A stretch of 64,000 nucleotides of DNA from Macrostomum lignano. Its lineage: Eukaryota. The notes below the pieces were generated by a model. The model saw nothing but the letters and a program-made list of their open reading frames with translations, was not told the origin of the DNA and searched no databases. The DNA lies in contig NIVC01000532.1 in the NCBI GenBank assembly GCA_002269645.1, forward strand, positions 485,257-549,256, written 5' to 3'. The stretch's first letter is position 1. The number at the start of each line of letters is the position of its first letter. The position numbers and the translations under genes were made by a program. Below are positions 46,118 through 59,569 of this stretch, piece after piece.

Positions 46118-46761
46118 TGTCATACAAATTGCAGTTAAAGCAGAAAGTTTATCCTCATTCAAATCAAAAATGAATTATGTAGTAACTAACACAAAAACTA
46201 TACTGCTGACAAATCTGAAAAACGTACGTAATCTGGAAATGTCGGAGAGCATCTAATTCAATAAAAATATTGTGATAATTTTCGTGGAAAATTTTATTAT
46301 CGATTAAAACTAATAGAAACTATTTACTTCATTTACTTTTTAGAAATTAAGCTTTCCAATGATTTTAAAGCTCGTAAGCAAACGATATGTTTATTTTAGA
46401 AAAAAATCACTAACCTGTGTTTTACTTTTATAGGATGTTTCTACGGAACTTTTGGTGAATATATTAAAACAATAGTACTATTTCATGCATGTTTCAATCA
46501 TTAATTAATCAAGTCACACCTGCTTTCTACCTTACGCTACCATATTACTGTTAATCAAGGCGCTTAAATCTAACTGCCCTGGCCAACTGGCATCTAATGA
46601 CTAATTCGTTCGACTGATTTTAATCTAACTCTTGACTTGGGCCTATCTTTAACTATAAAACAGTAGGCCTAGGCCCTAATACTTTCATAAGTTCCTGTTT
46701 TTAAATAAGCTTCAATCAATTACATTCCAAGTTCATACAACCAGTAATACCACGAGGCAAA

Positions 46762-49700
46762 ATGATGGTAAGTAAACTTTTGGTAATGTGGCCTTTTATT
46801 GTTCATAAAATAGGCCTAATGTTTTAATTATTCATTGCCATGGGGCATGGATTAGGCACAGCCATGGCTAGGGCTGGGCTAGGCCAAGACATGTGTTAGG
46901 CCTAAACCAGCTGGCTAGAGGCAGGCTAGCTACTATGGAGGCTAGTAGTAAAGTACATAATGTTATGTATATATTGTTGTAGCTGTAGGGGTTAGGCCCT
47001 ATTATTATCTGAATTACTTAAATGCTATAACAAATCATTATAGTTGAAAGTTTGGCTAGAGGCCTATCCATCAAAATCATTCATTAAATTCACTGTCTGC
47101 ATATTTTTTAGCTATTGACATGAAACTTACCAAAAATGATTACTTTCATTATGCCAACATATTAGAAGTGTTTTGGCATTAAAATTCCATTTGTGGGAGG
47201 TTTTAAGCAGGGGTGGCGCCATAGTCAGGATCATGTCATGGTATACGCCGGAATAAAAATCCCCCCTAAAAAATCTATGCCACTTCATACTGAAATGTAC
47301 GCCAAGGTCCTAGGAACTTATGCCAGGTTTTCTAGGCTTTGCAACAATAAATGACCTTTTTTGTGTGTTATACATTTTTGCCTACTTTATAAACACCTCT
47401 ACTTTACCCGCTTCACTCACCAAATACAAGGCTCTAGTTAACGTCATATTTTTTGTTTAAGTTTTTTAAGAAAATTACACAATTAGTTTGCGTGGAATTT
47501 AAAATTTTTATAAATCATGAATTTATAATTTATTTAGAATTTATAATTTATAAATTTACACCACGGCGTCACACCAAAAGGTACGCCAAATATATTTTGC
47601 CTCATTTTTTATGCTAATTGTATGCCAAAAAAGTAAAATTTTCAATTGTACGCCGGAAATTTCTGGCATAATGTATATCATCCTGACTATGGGGGTGGTG
47701 GAGCCTAATATTTAAGGAGGGCACAGGGCAAGTGGGGCATAAGTACTTTTATAAGCTGCTAAATAAGACCTAAAATCAGAAAAAGCACTAAAAATTACCA
47801 TGTGGACTTATTTTCTGGGGGGCACATGCCCCTGGTGCCATAGTTAGGATCATGTCATGGTATATGCCAGAATAAAAAGTCCCCCCTAAAAAATCTACAC
47901 CACTTCATACTGAAATGTACACCAAGGTCCTAGGAACTTATGCCAGGTTTTCTAGGCTTTACGACAATAAATGACCTTTTTTGCGTGTTATACATTTTTG
48001 CCTACATTATAAACACCTCTACTTTACCCGCTTCACTCACCAAATACAACGCACTAGTTAACATCATATTTTTTGTTTAAGTTTTTTTAGAAACTTACAC
48101 GAATAGTTTGCGTGGAATTTTAAATTTTTATTTTTCTTATGAGTTTTACAGTTTTTATGATTTACACCATGGCGTCACGCCAAAAGGTACGTCTAATAGA
48201 GATGTTCCAAAATTTCGATTTCGATTTCGATTTTCCAAAATTCAGATTTTTTTAGAGTGAATTTTGATTTCGGAAAAAAATTGGAAGTCAAAATTTTTGC
48301 CTGATTTTCGTTTTTTAGAACTCTTTACTGTCTTTTATCGGTGATATTATTACGATTTTTACATATAAAACTATTTGAATTTGTTAAAACTGTTCCATGC
48401 ATGTAGGACATATGTAGTTTGTGGAAATAAATTTTCATAAATTTTGTTGCACTTTAGGCTGCAAAAGCGTCTGCTGATATATTGCATATTTTTTGCATAT
48501 TACAGTGTATATATGTACATGCATACATGTACATTTTAACTGTAAATTTTATACATGTACAACTAACTAAGTATATGTAGTTTTCGCGTAGAAAAATTTT
48601 TTTGCATTTAAAAGTGGCAATGAGGAATTCTACTTATTTAGTGGCTAAAAATAAACTAACTTCTGCTAAACATACATGTATTTTGTTTTGCATGAGCAGT
48701 AAATCGAAAGTCAAAAAGTGAGTGTTGGTTGTACTAAACTTTGTTTTTCTGAATTTCGATTTAGGAAAATTTCGATTTCAATTTCGATTTTGGAAAGTAG
48801 CAAATTTCGATTTCGATTTCGAAATTTGATTTTCGATTTTATTGAAATTTAATGACATGGCTGTTTCTATTGGCAACACACACATAAGTTGCTATTGGAC
48901 AGAATAGTAGTCTCATGACTACTCTTAGCCAGTTATCTCAACTCTTAACCCTCTTAACTCTCAGTACTCTCAACCTAGGTAAATCCCTAGGTTGCGTCCA
49001 AGCATGGTGCCACCTCAAGAGGTTTGCCTAGTCCTTGAACTAACAAATATGGACACTTCTAAACACTTCTAAAATGTTGGCATAATGAAAATATTCATTT
49101 TTGGAAAGTTTCATGTCAATTTGTTAATTTAATGAATAATCCTGCAAGATAGCTAAAAGTTCTACTAGGGGGAATAATCCAAATATACTAAATCTCTAAG
49201 GTTTGTTTGTATGCTTTAACTATTGGCAGTTGTTATTTGACTGGTGACAGGACAAATAGCCTTTTTATTATTTGTCCGGTTAAATTGCTAATTTTTTAAA
49301 TTGCTATTTGTTTCGTGATGAATATTCTAGATTTTTAAGACCTTTTCATGATTATTTTTTTGTTGTATACTAGTGTACGTACATAAGAAAGCAGTGTATT
49401 CAATTCGGCATAATTTGGCATATAAGACATACACTAGTATAACAACATAATAATCAAGATACAAGTAAGAAGTCTTTGAAGTCTAGGAATATTCACCCTT
49501 GTAGTTTCTATAAAACAAGCTGTTGAAACCCGCGGATTTTGAACCCGGGGAATTCCAATCCCCGGAACTATTTTTGCATGTATTCTGAAATCTAAGGCCA
49601 TACACAAACAAAAACTTGTTAATAGTTCGTAGGATAGAGGTAGACATAAAATGGAGCACATTCGTGTAAAATTAGGGTTTGAGACATTGTTGGCTGGGGT

Positions 49701-50226
49701 ACTGCGCAGAATGTCAGGCAATGTCTGTCTGACTCTAAAACATATATTGCTAAACTCTGGTCTCTCCCTGACTCTCCCTACGTCCCTTGGATCCTTTAAA
49801 ATTTCTATCGTCTCTTTGTTTCCTCTCATCTCTCTCGTCCCTCGTCTCTCCTCTCTCCTCTCTCCCCTCTTCTCTCGTATCTTCCCTCATCTCTCTTCTC
49901 TTTCATCTCTCTTATCTCATCTCTTGTCTCTTCTTTTCTCTCTCCTCTCCTCTCTCCTCTCTACTTTTTCGTTTTCTCTCTCCTCTCTCCTCTCTCCCCT
50001 CTCCTCTCTCCTCTCACCCCCTCTTCTCTCTGATCTTCCTTCTCCTTTCTATTCTTTTCTCTCTTCTCTTAACTCTCTCCTCTAATCTCTCATCTCTCCC
50101 CTCTTCTCTCGTCTCTTCCCTCACCTCTTTTCTCTCTCTCGTCTTTGCTCTCTCATCTTTCCTTTCTCTTCTTTTATCTTTTCTCTCTTATCTCTTCTCA
50201 TTTCTCTCTGCTCCCCCTTCTCTCTC

Positions 50227-50257
<31 letters not shown>

Positions 50258-50281
50258 TCTCTGTCTCTCTCTCTTATCTCT

Positions 50282-50340
<59 letters not shown>

Positions 50341-53300
50341 GTTTTTCTCTCTTATCTCTCCTCCTCTCTCTACTCTCTACCCTCTCCATTCTCCTCTTTC
50401 CTCTCCTCTCTCCTCACTCACTTCTCTACCTTTGTCTCTCCTCTCTCCTCTCCTCTCTCCTATCTTCTTTCGTATCTTCCCTCATCTCTCTTCTCTTTCA
50501 TATCTCTTATCTCATCTCTTCCCTTTTCTTTTCTCTCTCCTCTCCTCTCTCCTCTCTACTTTTTCGTTTTCTCTCTTCTCCTCTCTCTCCTCTCTCCCCT
50601 CTTATCTCCTCTCTTCTCTATCCTTTCTACTCTCTCCTCTCCTCTTGACCCTCTGTCATCTTCTTTCTGCTCTCTCATCTCTACTCTCTTCTCACTCTTC
50701 TCTACTCTCCTCTCATCGATCCTCTGTCTCATCTCTCCCCTCTTCTCACCTTTACTCTTTCCTCTCCCTCCTTTCTCCCCTCCTCTCGCTTCTTCCTCCC
50801 TTCTTCTCTGCTCTCTCCTCACCACTTGTCTCTCCTCTTATCTTCCATGTTTTCTCTTATCCCCGTCTCGCCTCTCCTCTCTTCTAATAGTCTATTCCTT
50901 CCTTTCCACTCTCATCTGGCCCGCACATAAGCTGGATTCTTTATCTGGCTTTTGAAGTAAAAGTCTGCCGATCCCTGCTTCGAAAGCCAGTTTGTGGGAC
51001 GTACTACTCTCATCGTTATTCTCATGCTTTGATCACGTCATCTTTCTTGCCAATTTGCAGCCCTGAAAGGAATTTGTGTATTTTCAGCTCCACTGCAGTC
51101 TGCATCAGTCTAACAACCAATGAAATATGCATTTCTTAGGCCATTTAAATTTCAAAGTACTTTTAAGAGAAACTTAAAATTTCAATGGTGTGCCTAATTT
51201 AGTAGGGTTGTATTTCATTGCATCGCATCGCCTTTTCATAAATCTTTCGCTTTTACAAACCATGCTGGATTCCTTCGATTAGCCAATTGCCAATTGCCAT
51301 CCACTGTTAAACTGCTGCAGAGTTTGCCAATACAGAGGGGAGGGCAGTGGTTAGAATTTCTCACTAAACCGTCATGGCTAAACGTAGCCTCTCCACTCTC
51401 GGGGTGCAGAGAAGGCTATAAATAAAGTTATTCCAAAACACTGTACATTTGCTATGTACATTCAGTCCTATCGCCTGACCCTTCGTCTGGGCTGGGGGAA
51501 TGAGCGAGTGAGAGGCACAAACAACAGAAAAAGCAGACAAAATTCACATGCTTACAGTTTCTGTCCTGATTGAGATACAGAGTTGAGACTTTACATGTAG
51601 GCAGAGAATGAGTCAATAAAGAATTGTGTCAAATTTGAAGTCAATCGCTTCACGTGGAGCAAAACTATGGCAGCCGAAAGTTAGGCATTTTAAAACCTAC
51701 TCACACCCTTTGCCCAGATCGGGAAAGAGAGGCAGGCGGGCGGAGGTTGGGGTGGCTGCCTCGCTGAAAAAAACAGCCAAACTTTAAAAGTGCACAGCGC
51801 CGTTCAGGATTAACTTTCAGACTCGAAATTTTACATGATTGTGCCAAAATAGTTTAAGATTATCTGTGTCAAATTTGAAGAGAATCGGTAGAAGTGGAGC
51901 GGCGCTATGGAGGATTTAGTGAAAAAATTGCGCATTTTGAGCAGTTTTTTGCACTTTTAGGTAGGAAGACTCAAATTTAGGAAATTAAAAGGTAGCCTAA
52001 GACATTCTCCGTAGTAAGTTTAGGGTGGGTGTAAAGTTTGGTGTAATTTGGTTGAGCGGTTTGGGAGTCCATAGCGATCAAAATTGTCCACACACACACA
52101 CACACACAGAGTTTTGATTTTTATAGGTAGAGATAGATATTTTAGCATTATCAATTTAACCGGACAAATAATAAAAAGCCTATTTGTCTAGTATTAACCA
52201 GATAAATAGGAAAGCATGGCCATTATCAAGTAACTGGACAAATAATCACATCACTATTCGTCCGGTCACTGGACAAATAACAACTGCCTTAACTATTACT
52301 AAATTTGTTCTAAGAGACTAGGAATTTCTTAGAATTAGGGAAAATATTTGGCAATTATAAAGCAGCTTGTTTCATTATTTTTTCAACTTAAATGAACATG
52401 AAAGCATATTTATTATAATATGAAACATTTAACAATACAAGTTTAGTTTAGTTATAACTAGCTTATTATGGCCTCAAAGAGTCCTCATAGGGGCATTAAA
52501 ATTCAAAAATCAAACATTGAAAGCATGAAAATTTGTATTGCTTATACATGCTTGGGCACAACCTTGAGATTCACTTGGCCATTTCTATTGGCAAAATATA
52601 CAAGTAAGTTGCTATTGGACGGAATAGTAGTCACATGACTGCTCTTAGCCAATAGTGACCTACATGTATGTGTTGCCATTGCCAATAGAAACGGCCAGGT
52701 GATTCCCAAAGTCGCACATGTGTATGCTTGTATATACTTAGCAATAGAGGTCAGACAGGATTGAAATCTTCGGGTGGGATCGGGATCGGGTATAATTTTT
52801 TTCTCGGGATCAGGATTCGGGAATCGGGATCAGGTCTTTTAGTGTATTGTAGCTTATAGGTCTATATAAAGTTAAACAAAATTGAGCTAAAATGTCAACA
52901 TCATAAAGTAGAATACAACAAAATTGATGCAAAGTTTTGTAACCAACAAATTAATAATGTAATGAGTACAAGGTAAAACAAAATACATTCAAGTAATCAC
53001 TAATTCTATAAATTTAAAAAAAAGACCTATTCCCATTTCTCGTGTTTTTTAGGGTCAGGATTCTAGTCCCACGGGAATCCAATTTTCCTCTGGATCCTGA
53101 GATTTCGGGATCAGGATTGGGATCCCATCCAACCTCTACTTAGCAACATTGAAAAGTAATCACTCTATATTCTAGTAAGCAATTTCTCTTAGACTATTCT
53201 AAAAACGATATAAAAAACTGATTAGGTAGCTTTAATTCATCCAACAAAACCCTCACCTATAGTTTGGAAAGCAATATGTATGCTAGGATTTCCCAGTGTA

Positions 53301-56300
53301 TAATAAGGGTCTTACCATTTTTTGCATACATCAGGGTATATCCTAGCATACATGATACAGCAGATACATTGTGTCAAATGACACATTTTTTGTATTGGTG
53401 CATAAACCTGGCATTGCATATAAACAAGATCTCATCATTTTTCTAGCATTTAACCAGGTATACACTAATATATGATCCAAACTATGGCCTTATATTGTAC
53501 ACTGTATCCACTCGGCCCCACTTTATTTCTCAACTCAAGCTTGCCACAATATAGCAAGTTGTATCACTTGCAAAGATAGATAGACTTTACCTGCATCTTC
53601 AAAAAGGGCAGCTATAGATATAATCTTCTGTGATAGCAACTATGACTTTTCAATGTTGCTAAATAGTAAATATAGCTCATATTATGACACTAAGCCCCCA
53701 ATGGTAGGCATTCAAATAAAAAATTCAAACATTGAAAGAGATGTAAGGGTTATTTCTGTCTCTAATATAATCTTATAAACTGCCACTAAGTTGTCACATG
53801 GCTAAACTTCTCTCTATTAAAATCTCCATTAAGTCTCCAAAGTTGTACTAATAGTTCCTATAATACTTGTATTTTTATAGATGTTGTACTTCTAGTAGCA
53901 TATATATATCTTCTATTAGCGCATGTATTAATCTACTGGTCAATCTAGACTGAGTGATTGGACTAAACTATAACTAACTTCTGGTCTGAGTGAGCTTATG
54001 GCACTGTCTGAGCTTATGAAATTCAACCAACCCCACAAATTGCAAGCCCACTGCATGAAAGGTCATAAAACTCCTTTAGCTTTGTTTTGAATATATATCC
54101 TACACTGTCCATTGGCCAAAGAGAGGCCGAAATGGTTGAACTAAACATTATTAAATTTAGAAACAGAGCATCTATTAAAAGCAATAAAAAATCTTTTTTT
54201 TAAATGTTTGAACAACTTCATATTTGAATTTTTTATAAAAAAAGTTATGCATCCTCTCCACAAATTAGAAATTTTTTAAAGGTAATTTGAAAAAATTAGC
54301 TCGACATTTCTTGAAAAAATCAATAATAGATAGATAGACATACAGATAAGTTGAAAAATAATTAAATGTGCACTTTTTACAATTGCAAAATATCATTTTC
54401 TTACTATGAGGAATATACTTCAACAATACTTCTGGTAGCATGTCCAAGTAGCAAGAAACTGTCTAACTATTGCTAAATTCAATCCAGGGAAAAGAGGAGA
54501 AAGGGCATTCATTCACAGCCCCCATTCAAAATTTTCTGGATCCACACCTGGCCTATAGGATAGACCTAAGTCAGGCTAAGTGAACTAAAACAAACATACA
54601 TATTTTTGTTTAAAAAGTTATAGAAATGGCATGATTTATATTTTTAGTTACTCTTATACTTTATATTATATATAATTATATATAAATAATTTTGTGGTAT
54701 ACAATGGCTGTGCACAGCACAACATAAAGAATCTGCTAAACTAGGTTTTTTGTGCCAAATGGTTACCCTGGCACCTCAAAATTTTATTTGGCACCCTAAA
54801 TTTGAATTTATAGTGTGAAACTGGCATGACAAATTTTTTGGCCTGATGTCAAACATTAATGTATTTTAATGATATAGTAAAGATGCATTGGTATTGTCTT
54901 ATCTCCACTCTTATATGCCATATGAAAAAAGTGATATAGTCTAACAAAAATTTTCTTTTTTCTTTTCAAAAGTTAAGATCTAGATAAGATTCAACAAAAT
55001 AACCTGTGTGATATACTTGAATAAAATACTGTAGACACCAAGACATGAAATTAATACAAACTAATTGTTTGACTTTAACCCATTTGATAATATACTTTGC
55101 ATAGTCATGCATTTACAATTCTTGACTTAGCCTATTCAATCTAGCTATGTGCAAATATATTAGAAAATTGATCATTTTTATGTATGAGCTCATATATTTC
55201 AGTAGGAAGAACAGAACAGTAACCAATGTGGTAATCATTTGACCTGCTAGCTAAACACTTGGCCGCATATCCATTGTTAATATATGAAAAACAATAAACA
55301 GAACTTTCTCTTCGGCCCGAGTGCCGACCTGGAAATCCATCTGGATGGCTCTGATGACCGGCAAAAAGGTGACGTTCTGCTGGATAGTGGCAAAAAAGAG
55401 GCCTGCCCAGTGTACTTTGATGGCGAAGCAGTCAGCGGCAAGGTTAACATTCGATTGAAGCAGAGCAAGATGGAGCACTATGGAATTAGGGTTGAACTGC
55501 TTGGACTTATTGGTGAGAATGTTGTTATTTATTGTTTATGTAGTATATATACTCTCATTTGCAGCCTCTCTATCCAGCCTGCTCACGGTCTATGTCTCTT
55601 CAACTCTCTTCTTTCCTCTCCCCTCTCATCTTATCTCTTTATTTCTCTTATTAGAGGCAGGGGGTTGTGTGCACCCTGGCGCACTTTAAGCGACATTGTC
55701 ACACAACCAGCGTGAGGCATATCGCTGCCCATTCCGCCGACTCCCCTGAGCAGGCACACATGCAGTCATAAGCACAGGCACACACACACACAGGAGTGCA
55801 CAGCTGCCGTGACTTTATTTATCGTTAGGCATGTTACCGGATGTACACTTCATTGTGCCTTGGGGGTTGGCCCTCGGCCCCTCAATGGCGTTAATCTGAA
55901 TCGAGCTTGGGCCGCTGGTACACCAGAGCGCCGCACTAGACCACTAGGATAATTTTACCAAACGCATTAAACTTATTGAAATTTGGGTCGAAATTTTCTT
56001 AATTCATCCGATTGTTTCTTGTAAGTTTTTAAAATTTCAACTCGCATTTAGTCTTACTAATAGTAATATAATCTGTTTCACACAACGCGCAGAGCAATTT
56101 TCCGATCGTAGCAGCCAGCACGAGTTTCTGTCTATGGCTAGGGAGCTGGCTAGGCCGGGCATTCTAACTCAGAGCTGCTGTCTGGAGTTCGAATTTGTCA
56201 GCGTTGAGAAACCATACGAGAGCTATTTTGGCGTCAATGTCAAGCTCAGGTAAGGCAAACAAGTTGGTACGACAATCGCTAAATGAGTCATTGCAAACAC

Positions 56301-59300
56301 CTCATTTGGTGACTATCTGGGGATGAATCAAAGCGTTAAGTCACCCAACAATCGTTGTGTCAGCGCTTAAACTTTCTGCTAACTCAAGTAGACTACATGG
56401 AGTTCGAATTCATAAAGTGATGAAGATGCGCTTTAGACGCAAACTCAGTGATTTTACGTACAGCGACTCTGGCACGCCTCAGACACGCTCGGACGACTTT
56501 TTTACATCTCGTCGTTTTAGAGTACCGATACTAGAATAACTAGATGGGCCACTCAGCACATTTGCGTGTAAGCTACTTTCAGTTCAGTAGTAGGTTAGAT
56601 TTATTTATTAGAGGCAGGGGGGTTGTGTGCACCCTGGCGCACTTTAAGCGACATAGGCACACAACCGGCGAGAGGCATTACTGCCCATTCCGCCGACTCC
56701 CCTGAGCAGGCACACAAGCGCGCGGATACGTACGCAGGCACACACTCACACAGGAGTGTACAGCGGCCCTAACTTTTTTTATCGTTAGGCATGTACACTT
56801 CACTGCGCCTTGGGGGGTTGGCTCTCAAGGCCGTTAATTGCACGAGCAGAGCCAAGCCGAGATTCCAATTCAGCCCCAAATTAATGTGACTGCACTTGGA
56901 ATCGAGCCTGGGTCGCTGGCACACCAGAGCCTGCGCTACCACTGGGCTACGGCCCCCCTTCGTAGGTTAGATAGGATCATTTAATTTATTAGCTCTTACC
57001 CCTCCTAGCTTAAACCCTCCAACCGCGCCTTTCCAAACTACTCCCCGCCCCAATTTTTATTGCCTGTCTCGGAATTCCAGCCTAAAGCTGCCATGTACAT
57101 TTCAGTAGACTGGCTAATGTACATTATTACTGAACCAATTAGCAAGCTGTTTACGCGCCTGCAAGCTTGGGCTTCTAAACTTATCAAAGCTGCTTTTATT
57201 TTTATGAAATAGCTTATGTATTCTTCTTTGCTACTGAACTGAAAGTAGAAAGCTGTTTTACTAAGTATATATGCCTGGGTGGCCCATCTATCTGTGTTTT
57301 AGAGTCGTATAGAGTCACTTCTTTCATCCTATCTTACCTGTTTTACCCTGCAACGACTCCATGGGATGCTTCTTGGCCTAAGGTACCGTTTTCATCGAGA
57401 CGGTTCCTAGGTATTGCAAGCTATTGGCTATATCTTAGCTATCAATAATAAATTTATCAGGTACTTCATCAGAGTCACGGTCACTAAGCGGCTGAACGAT
57501 CTAGTTAAAGAGCAGGACTTCCTGGTGCACACGCTGGCCCAGTACCCCGACACGCTTGGCGGCATCAAGATGGAAGTCGGCATAGAGGACTGTCTGCACA
57601 TTGAATTCGAATACAACAAGTCGAAATATCATTTGAAGGACGCCATAATTGGTAAAATCTACTTTCTTTTAGTTAGAATCAAGGTGCGCCACATGGAGGT
57701 GCAGATTCTGCGCAGAGAATTAGTTGGAGTCGGGCCAAACAGTATGAGCGACTGCGAGACCGTTGCCAAATTTGAAATCATGGACGGAGCTCCGGTGAAA
57801 GGCGAGACTATACCTATTAGGCTGTTTCTCGGTGGCTACGAACTCACGCCTACTATGCGAGACGTAAATAAGAGATTCTCTGTGCGCTACTTTCTTAATC
57901 TCGTGCTTATCGATGAGGAGGACAGGAGGTACTTTAAACAGCAGGTGAGAGTTGTGCTTCTCTAGCTAGGTATTGCGGTACTCCGGTATTACCTAACTGT
58001 CTCATCAATCTGCTGTCACACCTGTCCCTGCTGCCTCACCTGTCTTCCTGCAGCCTCACCTGTCTCCCTGCTGCCTCACCTGTCTCCCTGCTGTCTCACC
58101 TGTCTCCCTGCTGCCTCACCTGTCTCCCTGCTGTCTCACCTGTCTCCCTGCTGCCTCACCTGTCTCCCTGCTGTCTCACCTGTCTCCCTGCTGCCTCACC
58201 TGTCTCCCTGCTGCCTCACCTGTCTCCCTGCTGTCTCACCTGTCTCCCTGCTGCCTCACCTGTCTCCCTGCTGTCTCACCTGTCTCCCTGCTGTCTCACC
58301 TGTCTCCCTGCTGCCTCACCTGTCTCCCTGCTGCCTCACCTGTCTCCCTGCTGCCTCACCTGTCTCCCTGCTGCCTCACCTGTCTCCCTGCTGTCTCACC
58401 TGTCTCCCTGCTGTCTCACCTGTCTCCCTGCTGCCTCACCTGTCTCCCTGCTGCCTCACCTGTCTCCCTGCTGCCTCACCTGTCTCCCTGCTGCCTCACC
58501 TGTCTCCCTGCTGTCTCACCTGTCTCCCTGCTGTCTCACCTGTCTCCCTGCTGCCTCACCTGTCTCCCTACTGTCTCACCTGTCTCCCTGCTGCCTCACC
58601 TGTCTCCCTGCTGCCTCACCTGTCTCCCTGCTGCCTCACCTGTCTCCCTGCTGCCTCACCTGTCTCCCTGCTGCCTCACCTGTCTCCCTGCTGCCTCACC
58701 TGTCTCCCTGCTGTCTCACCTGTCTCCCTGCTGTCTCACCTGTCTCCCTGCTGCCTCACCTGTCTCCCTACTGTCTCACCTGTCTCCCTGCTGCCTCACC
58801 TGTCTCCCTGCTGCCTCACCTGTCTCCCTGCTGCCTCACCTGTCTCCCTGCTGTCTCACCTGTCTCCCTGCTGTCTCACCTGTCTCCCTGCTGCCTCACC
58901 TGTCTCCCTGCTGCCTCACCTGTCTCCCTGCTGTCTCACCTGTCTTCCTGCTGCCTCACCTGTCTCCCTGCTGTCTCACCTGTCTCCCTGCTGTCTCACC
59001 TGTCTTCCTGCTGCCTCACCTGTCACTCCACAGCATTCCCTGTGACTCCACAGCCTCCTGTCACTCCACAGCCTTCACTGTCACTCCACAGCCTTCACTG
59101 TCACTTCACAGCCTCCCTGTCACTCCCATAAGCAACGAGTACTCGAAAAAACGGCCACCGCTCACCGCCTACCCAATCGCAGGAAGTCACTCTATTTCGC
59201 CGTCGACCAAATCGCCATCGCCGAATCGCCCAGGAGCAGCAGCATCAGTCGCAGTCCGCAGACACAGCGCAGCCAGTTCACCAGCAGCCCGATCGCTCCT

Positions 59301-59479
59301 ACTTTCACCACCGCTCGGCTCATTTCGGCGCCAAATCTCCAGCCGCAGCCTCCGGCCGCAGTGCCGCCAATGCTGATGGGGCCAACACTGCCAACAATAA
59401 TAACGATAATGAGGCTGCTGTTTCACCTGGCAACTCCGATGATAGTAGCAGCCAATCTGGAGAGAGCAATGATCAATAA
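46762..59479 (+). CDS. VPS26: Retromer subunit VPS26, 5 exons, ~383 aa
   Basis: Exons 46762-46767 (ATG ATG then GTAAGT; inferred start exon), 55302-55512 ([25 protein letters not shown]), 56093-56249 (EKPYESY), 57461-57944 ([37 protein letters not shown]), 59183-59479. Phases consistent. Confidence 0.9.
47219..47692. mobile_element. hAT-like MITE, 474 bp, with a truncated second copy at 47838-48191
   Basis: 13-bp TIRs CCATAGTCAGGAT / ATCCTGACTATGG; 8-bp TSD GGGTGGCG / GGGTGGTG (one mismatch). Confidence 0.82.
49790..50885. repeat. CT-rich low-complexity tract
   Basis: Direct observation. Confidence 0.93.
51590..52136. mobile_element. Possible non-autonomous Helitron/HINE-like repeat
   Basis: Repeated TGTCAAATTTGAAG..AATCG motifs and a 3' end AAAGTTTGG..GGTTGAGCGGTT..(CA)n..TTTTATAGGTAGAGAT resembling Lep1/HINE-type ends (pattern recognition only). 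Confidence 0.4.
52745..53138. mobile_element. hAT-like MITE, 394 bp
   Basis: TAGAGGT..ACCTCTA ends; perfect 8-bp TSD CTTAGCAA at 52737-52744 and 53139-53146; CGGGAT subterminal repeats. Confidence 0.85.
55648..55946 (-). mobile_element. tRNA-derived SINE, internally deleted copy, VPS26 intron 2
   Basis: Clearly homologous to 56601-56961 along its length; lacks about 60 bp downstream of the B box. Confidence 0.85.
56530..57305. mobile_element. MITE copy B (inverted relative to 39371-39815), interrupted by a SINE
   Basis: Collinear with the reverse complement of copy A apart from the SINE plus TSD. Confidence 0.88.
56601..56961 (-). mobile_element. Full-length tRNA-derived SINE, 361 bp
   Basis: Minus-strand head GGGGCCGTAGCCCAGTGGTAGCGC (A box) and GGCTCGATTCC (B box); (TAAA)n-like tail; 11-bp TSD GTAGGTTAGAT at 56590-56600 and 56962-56972. 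Confidence 0.9.
58020..59020. repeat. 20-bp minisatellite (CTGYCTCACCTGTCTCCCTG), VPS26 intron 4
   Basis: About 50 near-perfect units. Confidence 0.97.
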
Positions 59480-59569
59480 TATTCATCTTTGATTTATCCA
59501 TTAGCTATCGATTGCGGTTGCGACTTTACGAGACGGTTAATTTAGAATCTTGATGACCTGAGAATACAA

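Larger units (their letters stand above)
49225..52288. mobile_element. MULE-like non-autonomous element, ~3.06 kb, with nested repeats, in VPS26 intron 1
   Basis: TIRs starting GGCAGTTGTTATTTG with GGACAAATA subrepeats at both ends; 9-bp TSD TTAACTATT at 49216-49224 and 52289-52297. Confidence 0.8.

Noticed and set aside
56890-56961. tRNA-like sequence with A and B boxes
   Set aside because: No closed acceptor stem or terminator; it continues into a repeated body with a TSD, so it is a SINE head rather than a tRNA gene.
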